Shown here piece after piece: positions 38,301-53,232 of a stretch of 64,000 bases of DNA. Position 1 is the stretch's first letter. Each line of letters begins with the position of its first letter. The DNA comes from the human T2T-CHM13v2.0 reference genome, Homo sapiens: NCBI RefSeq assembly GCF_009914755.1, contig NC_060934.1; one strand, written 5' to 3'. A model generated the notes under the pieces. That model saw only the letters and a list, made by a program, of their open reading frames with translations, had not been told where the DNA came from and made no database searches. A program made the position numbers and the translations under genes.

Positions 38301-41059
38301 CAGGTGCACATTTGAGGGGGGATTTCACAAGGAACGGCCATCAGCAGCCCAAGAGCAGACTTCTGAGCTAGGGGCAGAGGAGGAGACTCCTCTGGGGAAG
38401 GACAAATAGTCACAGCAGGAAGGACCAGTCGCTATGAAGATTTTACTTGCCTCAGAAGAGCGTACTTGGCTCAGCGTGTTGACAGAACGTCATGTACCAA
38501 ACAGAATTGCAAAATAAAAAAAGCCCAGTGGGGAGCCAGCCTCTCTCTCCAGGTTCCAACTTGATCACTCTTTACTTATTTCTCTTCTAGAAATCTCAGT
38601 CTCTCCTCTTTAACAACCCACATCATCATCCCTCCCTCTCTCTGAGTCACCATTTCCACAGGAAGAGCCAGTCTTCTCAACTGGATCTACACAACCCTCC
38701 ATCTTCCGGTCTCATCTCTGGCTGTTCTCCCCACCTGCACACAGAACCATAGCCAACCTTGAAATGAGAAATCCCACACACTCCCCATCCATGGCACCAG
38801 GCCACAGTGCTCCCTCTGCCTGGAATCCCTTTATCTCCCTCCTCTAACAACACCTCTACAAGCCCGTTGAAAATCCAACAGCCAACAGCTGCCTCTTTCC
38901 TTGGGGAGCCATCCGCACCCCAGCCTCCCTGTGCCCTCTCCACACCTTGTGGGCTTCTATGGCAGCATGAGCTCACCGGGACTTCAGAGGGCCATGTGCC
39001 AGAGCAGAGACAAGCAAGGGCTCTGGAGTCCAATTGCCTACCTTGCCTGTCTGTCCCCCACAACCAACACTGTGGTCCAGAAAAGTTAGTTAACTTATCC
39101 GTGCCTCAGTTTCCAAATATTTTAATAATGGAGATAGAAGCAGAGCCTGTAGCAGAGGATTGCTATGAGGATTAAATGGGATTTGTGTTCAGCTCTCAGA
39201 GCAGTTCCTGATGGTAACCAGTAGTGATTATTCTGGGTCCCCAGTAGACTATAAGAATTTGGAGGAATGGAGCTGAAGGAGCCCCATTTTTGCATCCACT
39301 GCCCTGGACCAACGCTGACAGCAGCCTCCCCGGCCAGCACACAGAAGGCCCAGCTGTGGATGCCTCCCCTTGCTTCGGAGACACATGCCACAGCACTCCT
39401 TAGGTCCCTGCTATGTGGCCCAGAAACAGAGCTCAGTATTCGTTTCAATACATTACAGATGAAAGGAAACATAAAATAACAAATTCGATGAAGAAATCTT
39501 TCTAATTATTGTTCATTATTTATATCTAATTGAAGCAAGATGTTCCTTTGCCTGAAGGGCCCCAAGGGTTGTAACTCTGCCGTAATTTGCCTGTAATGAA
39601 AGGAGGGGGATCTTTTTTTTTTTCCACATTTTTAAAATTTTTTCTCATGGTAATACAAACAAACACGAGGCTTTGATGAATGAGAAACATCAGGATAAAT
39701 TATACAGTTGAGTCTAAATACTGAGCTGCTCTAAATTGCTGCAGTTTTCATGAGTGTGGAATGAATGGGTAACTGCCAGGGATCTCCAAACACTGTTTCA
39801 TCCCCACATTTGAAATGGAGATTTTCTCTCTCCACTTGGTATTATTCATTAAGGCGCCCACGGCCAGAGGCTCAGGGAACGTCTCTGGTTAACAAGCAGG
39901 CAGCCCAAATGTTTATGGCTTCATGTTCATTTCTGTTTTAGTAGACCTCACTGTTCCCACCCCAAAATGCCACCCCCATCTTCTTTGAATCTTACTGCTC
40001 AGACCCACGGCCACAGCTTTCATCCATCCATCACCTCTAATAGCCACAAATTTGTGCAGAGGAATCTCTCCCATCTCAGACATGCACTCGATCTTTCAAC
40101 AAAGGTTTCCAGGCTCACTAATGCCCAGCACAGGGGGCACTACCATCTTATTCCAGGGTGAATAAACTTATGGAAGGCTATCTGGGGTGTTGAACACAAG
40201 GGCCCAACTATTCATCCACCAAAGCCATCATCTCCCTGAGGAAGTCATCCTCTTGTCACAGCACCCAGTTTTGGAGGGGACACACAGGGAGGAATAAAGG
40301 AGAATGGGGACAGCCAGGCATCCAGACTGCCAAGCCAACAGTGGTAGTCAGTGGAAGACAGATGTTGAAGTCAGATAGGACGCCCATTCTAGCAAGTGAG
40401 GGAGGCTTCACCAGGAGGAGGCTGTGTTATCAGCACACTCAATTTAGAACTTTTCTGAAGTCAGTCTCTTCAGCAACAACTGCTACAAAGTGTCCAGGTA
40501 CCCCCACCACAGAGAGATGAAGGAGACGTGCCTATCACAGGTGTGGTCTCTATTAACCTCACATGCACGATGCAACTTGCTGATGTCATTCAACCAGTTA
40601 TTTCACCAACAGTTCCTGAATGTCTACTAGGTAAGGCACAGTGCACACCAAGCAAGGAATACATGGCAGGCATCATCAAGGGGCGAGTGATCAGAGAAGT
40701 AAAGCAACAGTGACCAAACAATATGAGATATATTAAAATACAGGTCTGTATGGGGGATCCCAGAAGCACAGAGAAGTAGCTAACCCATGGGTAGGAGCTA
40801 AAGAAATGCTTCCTAGAAGAGGGAACATTAAGCTGAGTCAGAAAGGGTGAGTAGAGGCAGCGAGATGGAGAACCAAGGGGTAGAATGTTCCTGGAAGAGA
40901 AGATATTACCTGAGAAGGCATTTGGGTAATGAAAACACATGGCTTATTCTGGACACATACCAGGGAGCAATTCACATCAGCCAAAAATATGTAGGTGATG
41001 GAATTTGACAGTCCTGGGTGTGGATGCTGCTTTGAATGCCTTCACTGTTTGACATAGAC

Positions 41060-41244
41060 CAGTAGCTCTCAAAGTGTGATCCTCAGAGCTGCAGTGTCAG
41101 TAGCACCTGGGGCCTTATGAGAAATGCAAATCCTTGGGCCCCACTCCAGACATACTGAGTCAGAAACTCTGAAGGTGGTGCTCAGCAGTCTATGTTTCCA
41201 CAACCCTCCAGGTGATTCTGATGCATGCAAGCTCCAGAACCATG
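41060..41244. mobile_element. MER5A inserted in a MIR
   Basis: ctctcaaagtgtgatcc...agaaatgcaaatcctt...ccctccaggtgattctgatgca; MIR-like sequence on both flanks. Confidence 0.82.
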
Positions 41245-43129
41245 GACTGGGGCAAGTTCTATAATCTCTGAAGCCTTAGATTTCATAACTCATACCCAAC
41301 TCACAGGGTTGTTGAAGATTAATGATCACAGACATATACCTGGTACACAGTTAATGTTTAATAAATGCTAGCCCTTCTAGTAGACTGCTTATCAGTAGTT
41401 CAAATGGTTGGAGCACTGTGCTCATGTGAAGGAGTCATGGGTAACAGGCCAGAGTAGTCACACCCAGATGGAAGCAAGCATGGGCAAGCCGCATGTCTAA
41501 GCTTCCAGGCTCATGTGATTGGAGCCTATCTCCTCAACTGCCCATCTGTCTCCCCAGTGAGAAGCCTATGGCCCATCTTGTTTCCATCTTGCTGCCAAGG
41601 TACATGCAAATGCTCCCCCATCAGCCCCCAGTCTACTGCCTTGTCAACAACACACTTTAGGCACTCAGGATACCTAAAAGGATGACTTGCAGAAGTCTGA
41701 ACCCAGGATGAGCATAGAGACACCAAAACTCCTCTGGCAGGCAATCTGGACTTTTGCTTTGTGGGTCGTCATAGTAACAGCCTAGCAGAGGCTACCCTGG
41801 GAAAGTAATGAACTCCTAGGCAAGGAACTGCTCAGGAAGAACGGCCTCAAAAGCATCAGCCCCAGGCTGCCTGCCAGAGTCTGCACTGGCTCATGAAATG
41901 TCATGGTGCAAGCATGTGTATCACTTGAGCCTCACTTCTGTTTGCTGCCTATCTTCTTACTTCAACTTTTGATAATATTTTGTGTTGGAATCCTCCCCTG
42001 ACAAAGCCTACCCTCTCCTCCAATCTTACGTTTAAACCAATATCTTCTACTCAAGTGTGTCCTACCAAAAGTGGATTTGGGACCAATGCAAGCTGTTTCT
42101 CTGTATCTCCTGACCTGGATTACCGATTTTTGAAATTTCCACATGCTGAAAGCATAGCTGATACCTTTGAGCACATCAGATTGTCTTGCAAAAGGACTTT
42201 GTAAGCATCCCTTGCCTCTGAGAACACTGTCCTCTAATTAAACATGCACCTCTAGGGAAGACCCACCATGCATCCTTCAGCTGTGGCCGAGGATATTCTC
42301 CCCAGCTTGGTACCACCTCCTGTCCTCCCCACACCTTTCTCCGTAAATCAATCTTACTATTTCCTAGATATATGTTCATTAACAAAGAGATAAATGTGTT
42401 TGCAGTATGAGAAAAATCAATAATACAGAATTTATAAATACATCTTTGCATGTTACAAAAATATTTACATTGGCAATGGAGATAAACACTTGTAACAAGA
42501 GCAGAATCAATATTCAGTATACGTAAAACGGATTTCAACAACGGTGGGGATGTCATAAGCATGGGCCTGATACATGTGGATCTGGAAGTCCTATTATTCT
42601 TCCTTAAGGAGAAGAGAATGTGGTGGAGTGGCTCAAAAGACACGGGAGGGTGGGGATATCCATCCTGGTGACTTGAAACTTTCATAGCTACAGCCTACAG
42701 ATGCCTTTACTATCATTCCAGCAGTCTTGATTTTCTGTCTCATGTTTGGCTCTACAAGAGATGATGCTGCAATCATCAAAGCAATCTGGAGTGCCTGGAT
42801 AGGGCTCCACAACTGGCTTCCAGAGGGCACCATGACCCACCCTGCTGCACACTGATAAGCCTCTCCTGGGTTTCTTCCCCAGCGCCCCCCAGCCTCTCTA
42901 ATCTGTCACCCATGCAGGGGAAGGCTTCCTAGGTGTCTTCCTTCTTTCATTCACTCGTCATTCAAAAAACCCTATTTCCTGTGCATCTGTCTGCATTAGA
43001 CAGTGCTCTATGTCTGGGGATAGGGCAAGAATGGCACAAAGTTCCTACTTTTGTGGATTTTACATAGTTGAGATGAGACAAAGAAACAAACATCAATGAC
43101 AACAGCAACAATACAATAACTAGGTAATG

Positions 43130-43347
43130 CCAGGGTCAGCAAACTTTCTGGAAAGGGACAGATAGTGCCTATGTGGTCTCTGAGGGCCACACAAGACTCA
43201 GTCACATATTCTTTGCTTTTGTTTTTGTTTTGTTTTCCAACGCTTTAAAATGTTTTTAAAAAGGAAAAGCAGTCTTGACTTGCAGGCTGTGACAAAGCAG
43301 GCTGCAGGCCCTCTGAAGGCCTGTGGGGCATCGTCAGCTGACCCCTG
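43130..43347. mobile_element. MER58-family hAT MITE
   Basis: Termini cagggtcagcaaact...gctgacccctg are inverted repeats. Confidence 0.75.
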
Positions 43348-43693
43348 CTGCTATGTAACAAGTGATGAAAAATGCTATGAAGATTAATAAAGCAGAGCAA
43401 GGGTGAGCCAAAATGATGGAGGCATTGATTACATAAAGTAGCCAGGGTGGATTTTGAGCCATTGGAGTTGACATCTAGGGCATGTGTTTCTCTAGTATGT
43501 CCTCGCACTGGACTAAGAGGAGCAGAGAGGAATGAACTCGCAGAGGATGGGGCTGAGGCCTGCTGGGGCTGTCCTGCCAAGGAGCTGAGACAGGGTGGCC
43601 AAGGAGCCAGCTTATGAGCCTCTCCTACCTTGCAACATTTACCTGGGGACCTTCCAGGAAGCCTGGGAAAGGGGATGCTGGGGTGTACACAGG

Positions 43694-44103
43694 AGCTGTG
43701 GTTAGAATACTGTCTCCGCCAAAACTCATATTGAAACTTAATACCCAATGTGGCAGTATTGAGAGGTGGGACCTTTAAAAGGTGATTGGATCATGAAGAC
43801 TCTGTCTTGATGAATGGATTAACCCAATCATGGACTAATCAGTCATCATGGGAGGGGAGATGGTATTTTTATAAGGAGAAGAAGAGAGGCTTTAGCTGGG
43901 ATGCGAGTAGGCTTGGGCCCCTGTCCGTGTGATGCGCTGCACCACCACATGACACTGAAGGGAGAAGGTGCACACCAAATGCAGCTGCTAGACCTTGGAC
44001 TTCTCAGCCTCCAGAACTGTAAGAAATAAATGCCCTTTTTAAAAAAAATAAACTACCCAGTTTAAGGTATTCTGTTATAAGCAAGAAAAAAAAGACTAAG
44101 AAA
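43694..44103 (+). mobile_element. MST-family MaLR solo LTR
   Basis: caaaactcatattgaaacttaat...gagaggtgggacctttaa...cagcctccagaactgtaagaaataaa...gactaaga. Confidence 0.85.
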
Positions 44104-45779
44104 ACAGTTCTCCTTTGTATCCAAAGCCTAGTCGGTGTGATTCTGAGTAGTGAGCAGAGGGACTGCAGATCCAAACACTGTATGAGGACACTTAGTGACC
44201 CACAGGGTGAGGGTTGCAGAGCCCACAGCAGGAAAATGCACGCTTCCATAGGTCACAGAGCCCTTCTTCAAACCTATGCCTGAAAGCCAGCCTCGGAGGG
44301 CCAGCTGAGGTGTCCTCCCTCCTCACCTTCCTTCCCTCCATGGCGTTTTCTCTCCAAATCCCACTTCTTCAATTGCTATTGAAATTAAAAGACACCCAAA
44401 ATAAACTGCTAAAAACTCAAAGCATTTGTATATATTTACATACTTGTAAAAAGTAACAATTAATAAATGTAAATAAATATAAAAACAAAAGTAAAAGGGA
44501 TAAGCAGTGAATGCCTGCAAGACTTCCACTTCTTACAAACACATTTTTGTAAAATTTGCATTTTTATTACGTTATAAATAAAAAATGTGATCTGAACGAT
44601 TTTAAATATCCTGCTGCTGCCCAAGCATCAGTTCTGGGCCTTGGGAACTGAGCTCTGTGCTCTCTTCTATCCTCTATGTCCACCCTTCCTCCTGGGTTAG
44701 CCTCCCATCAGCCAAGATCCATTGAGAGGCAGGAGGTCTCTCTACCAGCCCTATCAAACACCCTGTCCACCAGCCATGAGGAGGCTGTGATAGTTGTATC
44801 TTCAGTCCCTACAGCAAGACAAACATGTGAGACTAATTCAAAGTGGTCCGAGGCCATCCCAGGCACTCAGGGCCCATCAGTACTGAGGCTCCCACACCAA
44901 GGCAGGCTGGAGTTTCCTCACTTCCGCACCTTCTGCCTGGATTCAACCCAGGCCTGGTGCCCTGGTCCCAAATCAGACTGTGAATTCCTAAACATAGGCA
45001 TATGTTATATGTGTTTCTGATTTGCCAAACTCAGCCTAGATCCTGTATGTAAGTAGAGCTCAGTAATAGGAGCTGTGAAAATCATCCTGATGAGGTCAAA
45101 TAACTGTGGGCCAGGTGCTAAGCCAAGTCAGGAGCTCAATGTCCACACTATTCACTAGGTTAGTTCTGGGGCTTCTATTTCCCCCAGCAAAGGAGGCTTA
45201 GTGTAGAGCCTTCAGTGCTTCAGTGCTGCCTCCTCCAGCTCTTCTTGGCTACCCTGCTTTTGGTGTGCCAGCCTGGAAGACCTCTTGCACACTCAGGCCT
45301 CCAAGTCTTCACTCAGGTTCATTGCCTGCCTTCTCTGCTGTGCCCTGACTAAAACCTACCCACCCTGAAGGAATCAGCTCAGCTGTCATGTCGTATTGAA
45401 AGAGTGGATCCATGCCCACTGGATCCAAGTCCCTGTGTGTTCTGGGCTTGGTCCTATCCTAATGTTTTCCCTTTTAAGCTTCCTGTGCTGTCTGCCCACC
45501 TCAACCTTGAGCTCCCCCAGGGAATGGACTCTGTGTCCATCTCTGAATTTCTATCACCCCACATACAGTCTGACAGACATTAGGAGCTGAGTTCATGTTT
45601 TCTGGAAGAATGAACTCTGTTTCAAAACAATTTTGTGTTTAGAACTGAATGGCTGAATATGGCTGGGAGAAGATCCAAGCTAAACACCAGCATGGTGATT
45701 CTAACTTTAGAATCATGACCACTAGCCTCCAGGAGACCCTTAAAGCTGCTTGAGATCTTCTAAATCTCCCTGTGCACTT

Positions 45780-47645
45780 CCTCCTCCCACGCTCTCAGAT
45801 GACTCTCAGACAATGAGGCTGCTTCTTTTTTCCTAAGAAGGGAGAAGCCATCAGTGGAGAACTTTGCTTTTCTAGAGAACTCCCTTCTCGAAAACTAGTG
45901 AATAGTTGCCTTCCATCCTTTTAAAATGACAGCTTTGTTTTTACTCCTATGCATGTCTAACTCTGTTTGTCTCCTAGATCCCAGACATTCTTGCCTTCTC
46001 AAAGTACATTGCTCTTCCAGTTGTCACCTCTACCTTCCTCACCATGAAATTATTTCTCTCTGCAGATCATTTCCATTGGCTTGAAAATACATACATACAT
46101 CTTCTCTCTCTCAAAAAAAAAAAAAGTCCTATGAGATGACATCCTCCTCCAACCACCCTTCCAGCTCTTCTTCCGGAGAGTTATCTATGATTACTGCCTC
46201 CATTACCCTCTTCCCGTTTCTCAGGAACCTGGCTTACTCCAGTTTTCATCCCTCTGCTGATCTGAAACAACTTTCATCAAGGTCATTAATGATCTCCCAA
46301 ATACAGTGGCCAATTCTCAGTCTTCACATCCCTCCAACCAGTAGCATTTGACAGGTAGCACTCTCCTAGATGCCCTTCCTTCATTTGGCTTCCAGAAATC
46401 ACTCTTGCTCAGTCCTCCTCCCACCTTGGAGGACCTCCTTATCCATTTCCTAATTCTTCTTTCTGTTCTCAGACTCTGAATTTTGGAATCTTCCAGGGGT
46501 CAGACCACTGATCCCTGGGTTGCAGGACTTTTGCCACAATCTCATCATGTCAGTTGTCTGTAGATGCATCTATACATTGATGACTGTAGTGGGACACACC
46601 AGCCCTGACCTACCTCATCCACTCCTGGCAATCACCCGTCTGACCACTTCATTTGGATGGCTAATAGATCTTCACACTAAACATGCTCAAACTTGAGCTC
46701 TTAAATCACTAACCCCTAAACCATGCCTGCTCTTCCTCTAGTTCTCCCATGTCAATCAAACACTGCTCTATTCTTTGAGATGCTGTAGCCAAGAGCCTTG
46801 AAATCACTACTGACCCTTCTCTTTCTTATGTATCGCACATACAAATTTCAGCATTTCCTATCTCTTCTATCAAGATACATCTAGAATCAGATCACTTATC
46901 ATGACCTTCACTCTGCATCTTATCTGGACATTGAGATAGTCTCTCTAAGAATCTCCTTGCTTCCACCTTTAACCCCTACAGCTATTCCCTAGGAAGGCCA
47001 AGCAGAGTGATCCTTTAAAAATCTGTGCCAGATCATGTCACCTCATCATTCAAAGCCCTCCAATGACTTCTTGACTCCAAAGTCAAAGTGTGCATCCAAA
47101 GTCCTCACATGGCCTGAAAGGTCCTATGTTATCTGGACCCCAATACATCTGCTCTCGCCGTACCAGCCTCCCTGCCCTCCCACCTTGGGGTTTCTGTGGT
47201 TGTTTCTTAACCTTATCCTGGTTTACTCTTCCCTCAGATTTGTAATTGGCTCACTCTTTCAGTGTCTAGGTCGAATCAAATGTTACCTTCTCCAGGACGC
47301 CTTTGCTGACAATCTTTTACAAAACACAGCACCCCTTACATTATATGATAAAAATACAAAAAAAAATCACAACTTGACATATATGGCTGCTTAATGTTAG
47401 TTCCCCTCCCAGAATAGGACTTGGCTGTTTGTTTTTTTGCTGTATCACCAGTGCCTACAACTTGAGTGACCAATCACCCCAGTTTGCTTGGGAACTAGAG
47501 ATTTCCTGGATGCAGGACTTTCAGTACTCCAGATAAGTTCTAGCCAAATTGTGATAATATGACCCCTACCTACAATAGTGACCAGCTCATGGTAGACACT
47601 CTAATGAACATAGGTTATATGTATGAATCATATATGAATGAGTTG
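45780..47645 (+). mobile_element. L2 LINE, long 3' portion
   Basis: Pyrimidine-rich L2 motifs (agagtgatcctttaaaa..cagatcatgtcacctc; gctgtatcaccagtgccta...atggtagacactctaatgaa). Confidence 0.75.
47462..47568. mobile_element. MER94 (hAT-Blackjack) MITE nested in L2
   Basis: gtgaccaatcaccccagtttgcttggga...ggactttcagt; TSD cctacaac / cctacaat. Confidence 0.75.
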
Positions 47646-50600
47646 GCCTTTAAAAATATCTAGATTTGATATTCTGTTGGAAAAGTCTTCATCTTGGGTT
47701 GACTAGTCTCCCTTCAGGACAACTGTGAGTCAATCATCTGCAGAGAAGCAGGCCTAGTAATAGTTTGAGGTGCTTGAACCAAAGAACTGTGGCCCTGAGC
47801 CAGGAGGCACAGCACAAAGCTACGTGGGTCCAGGCTGCCCAGGAACAGATTGCCAAGGAGTCTGGGAATCAGATCTAGTTCTTTGGGCTCCATCCTCAGG
47901 GTGCTGAAACTTCATGATCCAGGTTCTTTGTGGGTGCAGTGGAAATCAGCATCCACCAATTGGGAGAATTCTCCTGGGATACAGCCGTTTTCTGCTCCCC
48001 TGGCTCCTGTGTGCCTGCCATTCCATGGGAGTCCTGCCAGCCAGCAGGACCTGCATGCCAAGAACATGGCTAGCTCTCAGCTCTCAACACCCGCAAATAT
48101 TTGCTGCCACAAATCAAGACAAAAGCAGGATGCACCATTAACCTTTAATATATCAGTGCTGGGGCTCTTAATCAATTATGAGGCTGTCACAAATGTGTCT
48201 GAAATGCAAATCAGGGCAGCAGCCCTTCGGGAGGCTGTGAAGGTGCCTTCTTCCCCTTCTGGCACAGCCTGTGTCATCCTGTGCTCCAGACAAACAGCCT
48301 GAGTCTCTTCTCTCCCTGCTAATATTAGTTTTCACCATCTTTCCTTCCCTCTTCTCCTTCCTTTCAAATGTCTGTCTGAACCCTCTAGTGTGTCAGCTTC
48401 TCCAGCAGTCACTTGATATACCAGAAGAAAGATACAATGAGACTAACTTCCAGACCCTCTGCTAACACTTGCTTTATACTGCTTCATTGAACCCTGGCAA
48501 TAGCCCCTTCATAAAGTTATTATTTCTACCCCCCTCATTTTACAGATTAAAAAATCAAGGCTTCAGGAGATTAAGGAATTTATGGAAGGTCACAGAAGCA
48601 GCAAGTACAAGAGCTGTCTTCATACTCAGGACTGCTTGATACAAAAACCTGTCCATATTAGTATCATCCTATGGTGATATTAAGTAGCTCATAGCTAAGT
48701 GAGGAGGGCGAACAGGCACATGGATCATTAGAAACATCATGCAAAACACGGTGCTAGAATGAAGCACAGAGTCATGGGAACATGAAGTTGAACCTGTCCC
48801 AGCTTAGCAGACAAGGAACTGGGGCTGTGGGCAAAGAGGGAGGGTTCATGGGAAGGGTGAGGCTGAGGCTGAGGCTTAAGGAGAAACAGGAAATGGACAT
48901 ATAGAAGAGAGAAATAAAAAAATGTTCTGGGCAAAGATAACATTGCATTGTTTAAATCACGGATGTGTGTGAGAAAGAGAAATCTTCTGGTAGCTAATAA
49001 CAGTTTACTAGGAGACAGCAGAAATGGTATATTACTAAGCACTAAGAATAGGATTGCAGGACAATTGTCCATAAAATACTTAGAGGATTGTTATAACTGA
49101 GTTTTTGTGGAAGTGCAAAGATAATGGAAAAATGATAAGCTATCGATGTTCCCTAGACAATTATGGGGCTGGAGAATGTGTGAGCTGAGTGGGTGGAGAC
49201 ATTCTATACTGTGGACAGTTAAGGAAGCCACTGCAGAAAGTATGTCACACATATTTTAGAATGCAGAGCTGAGAAGCAGCTATGAATCCATGTGCTTGCA
49301 CATGTGTGTGCATGCATAAATGTGCACACCTGTTCCGGCCTGGGTGTGTTCATGTAAGAGTGTATACTCAAGGGCCCCAGGGCAGGAAGAAGAGAGGAAA
49401 GATGGAGGAGAGTGCTGCTGGAGGGCCAGGACAATTGGATGAGGGTATGCCATTTGCTATGACTAACTTTAAAATAGAGGAGTGGTTGTGAGTTCCTCAG
49501 TGGTTGGATGGGGACCCCAAAGGAGGTGGACTCATGTGGCTGAGAACCCAACCAAAGCAGCTGGTGAAGGAATCACAGCACACAAGACATCTGCCTGCCT
49601 GAGTTTGTTTGTGGATCTGAGCAGTCAGCACTCATGGTGCAAGAAAACAGACTGAGGCTCTTCCCTTGTGGGACAGCTGGAGGGAAAATACTAGCACACA
49701 TGGGCCAGTGATTGAACAATGCAAAACCAGCTGTAATTAAATGTGAAGCTATAAGATGCTAGCCGTTCTGAATCAGTTTGCAGAAAAATCACATTAGCAA
49801 GGATATAGACTCTGATGGGAAGTTTAGGAAAGGGAATTGGGAGGAGAAGGTGTGCTCTATCATTGATGAGTCTTGTCTGAGTTCAGAGAATGGGAGGATT
49901 CCTACTCTGTGCCATGTGCTGTTACATGGGCTAGCGCATTTCATCCTCAGAACCACCCTCTGTGATAAGCTATTCTTCCCACCTTATGGATAAGGAAATT
50001 ATGAAGTTTTTGAAGCTGGTCCATGCCAGAGCCAAGTTGAGCTTGTTGAGCTGTTGATGCTAAGCTGTTCCAGGCCTGGATCTCCAAGATGCCTGAGCTA
50101 TCTTCCCAAACCAGCTCCAATTAGGGATGATGTCCATGCCATGGAATGTTTGGTTACAGCTGTTTTTATCTTGGACACCATTTCGCTTGTGGCACCATTA
50201 GCAATGCCAGGTGCCAGCCACACCACCCCAAGAGCTCCACATGCCACATAACTTTCACCTGGCATGCTCTCTGGCCAGTGACAGAGACTATCTGCTGCAG
50301 GTGCCTGCAATGCCTGGGGGGCATCAATGGGAGCCCACCTATGCCCCAGTTAGGACCAGGATACTGGCAGGATAGAGCATGGTCCTGTTTTTTGTTCTTT
50401 GAGGTAATTATTCATCCCATTGACTTTTTAGGGTTCAGGCAAGACACTCAGGATAACTCTGCCAGTATTCAACAGTGTTTGTCCAATGGGAGCAAAACAT
50501 CCCGCTACAGAACACCAGATACACCACCATGGAAAGGTTGTTGGAAAGTACACAGATGGACACAAACATCTGGGGATATCCAAACATATCCAGACCTGGT

Positions 50601-53232
50601 GCCAGTCCCTCTTTCATGGGATCCTTGTGACAGCCCTGGGAGAACAGTCCTAATTCTTAGGACTCTGGGAGGTAAGGTGAATTCCCCAGAGAATTAGAGA
50701 CTCATACCAATTTATGCAGGACCCTACAGTGGATCATGAGCAGAGCTGATCACGTATGCCAGGCTGTTCTGGCTGAAGTCTGGTTCTAAACATCAAACCT
50801 CTTAAGCAGAGGAAACAAGGGAAGCAACACAGTGCAGTTCAGATGCTATCACACCAGGAGTCCAGGGCCTGGATTCTGGACCCTGCCCAGGGAACATGGC
50901 ACTTCCTTGCTTTTAGGAGAACTCATGCTGGAGTGGCAGGGCAGGGAAGGAGTTCAGAACCTAGGCAATGGAGTCAGAGTGTGCTTTCAAATATCACTCT
51001 ACGTCTTGCTAGCTCTGTGGCCGTGGATAAGCTACCTAACCTCTCTGTGCTTCAGTGTTCTCATCTACACAACAGGAATATTCATGGATTGAGTGAATTC
51101 AAGCAGAGCACTAAGCATAATGCCAGTCTGTGGGAAGCATCCATTAAGTGTTAGCTATCGTTATGAGCTTCAGTTTCTCCAATGATTAAATGAGAGAATG
51201 ATGCTACGTCAGTGCTTGTAAACTGCCAACCTGCATGGCCAGTCAAGAAGTGGCTGGTTTGGCTAGCCTCCTGTTTGCCTGCTTTGAATCTGCATTTTTT
51301 TTTTTTTTTAGCCCGGGCCTGTGATTTCTGGGTCATCACAGTCTCAGCACTCTGGTCTTAGACCGACATTTACATTCTCTGCTTAGCCCTGTAAACACTG
51401 TGACAGAAACCCGCTGGACAAGATGATCCGTCAGGCCTTTTCCTGCTGTGATATTTCATGATTCTATGGCCTGGGCTGGAACTATAAGACTTACTTTGTT
51501 TAGGATTCTCTCTTCCAGAAAAGCAGCATCATGCACTTTTTTCTCTGAAACACAGCTGTTTTCTCTGAAAACTAGAATCTCATTTTGCAGTGTCTGTTGA
51601 GACTCAGAGCTACCACAGGGAGGATCTCACAGAGAACAGACCTCTAATGATTAAAATGTAGTGTGCTCAGACACCAGGAGCTTTGCCTCTGCAGAGTGCT
51701 GGCAGCCACCTCCTCAGAAGCAGGGACCCAGGGAGCTTGTCCCCAAGTCACACCAAGGCTACAGCCACAATGCACCCAGTGGGGCAAAGCAAAACAACCA
51801 CCTTCAAAGGCACTAGCTCAGGTCACTATGGGCTTTTCTGACTCTTAACAACATAATAATGTCCCCACAGTGCCTCGGGATGAAAGGTAATGCACAAAAT
51901 TTAGCCACAAACCCAAAGCAAAGCCAATGTCTTCCTCCGTGGGAGAAGAGAGACTTCCAGCAGGAAAAGCCAATGATTAATTTTAGGTGGAAGCTGCTTG
52001 CCATTCTTCAAGAGAAATGAGCATTCCAAGGGAACCCTCAAAGGACTGTATTATTCCAAGATGGTGCTCTCTTTGCCTGCTGTCTCTCTAGACTACTAGG
52101 TCTGCCAAAAACAAGGTTCTCCCTGGAATGGTTTCCTTCTGCCATGTTCACAGGGCATCCAGGCCAGGTAGGAGGAACACAGCCACCTGTGTTTCCTGGA
52201 TTCAGAGCCGGGCACATCAGGACCAGGCTGTACCTGAATCTTTGCACTGAAATCCCAAGAGTCACTCAGCAGATGTTGCATCCTGATTTGTTTGAGTGGA
52301 TGAATGATGTATAAGACACACATCTCACTGCCTCATCTGTGTTTTACTCTCCTTTCTCCTATTCCAGAGACAGTAGTCAGGTCAACAAACAGGGATACCT
52401 ACAGGTCTCTGTACAGGTATTTCTGATGTTCCTTCATGGGTTTGGCTAAACAGGCTGGAAAAGTAAAAGCAAAAGGACCAGAGGGTGCTTGGCTTGAGGA
52501 GACCCCCAGGTAGGAGAGGGCTCCAACGCCAGGATAGGGGGCTTCAGGGACCACATGACTGCAGTGAAAGGAGCCGCTGGGCCAGCAACGCGGCTGTGGG
52601 TGGAGCCATCTCAGCCGAACCCTGCCTCCCTCCGCCCTGCACACTGGATCCCCAGCTCCCTCCGTAATACTCCTCCCCACCCACAAGGCCAATGCCAACC
52701 GGAGAGAGGCTCCCTTCTCCTTCCAAACCATAGGGCTCCTCTCCCAGGGAAGAAGCCATGTTCCCCCATGCCTGAACTGAGCCTTGTATGACATTTTTCC
52801 TGATGCCAGGGCCTAATGGGTAATGTGGCCTACCAGAAGAGGGCTGCACTGTGTCGTAGGAAGCACCATATCCACCATGCCGCCATGAAAAGGTTCTCTG
52901 TGTGAGGTTGGGATGAATTCTGACCATGAAGCTGTCTGGACAAGCCGTTCATGGGTCCCCACTCTCCTCAGGATGAAGGGACCCCTCCAGATCTGACTCT
53001 TTAGGCCTCGAAGGACTTGTCCCACTTAGTCCTCCAGCAGCCGCTCCGATACTTTATGTTCTGTCCTGTGCAAGATTTTGTTTCCCAAGCCCACAGTGCT
53101 CTCTCCTGCCTCTGGTCCCTCTCGTATGCCACATGGAACAGTTCTCCTTCCTAAACATGCGGACAACTCCTCACATTCCACATCTTGGGGAACACATCAC
53201 TACCTTCAAAATTCTGTTCAAGACATTTCCCC

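Noticed and set aside
50146-50697. 183-aa ORF (also 36291-36824, 42176-42685, 43245-43748)
   Set aside because: No recognisable domain or splice context; lengths are compatible with chance.
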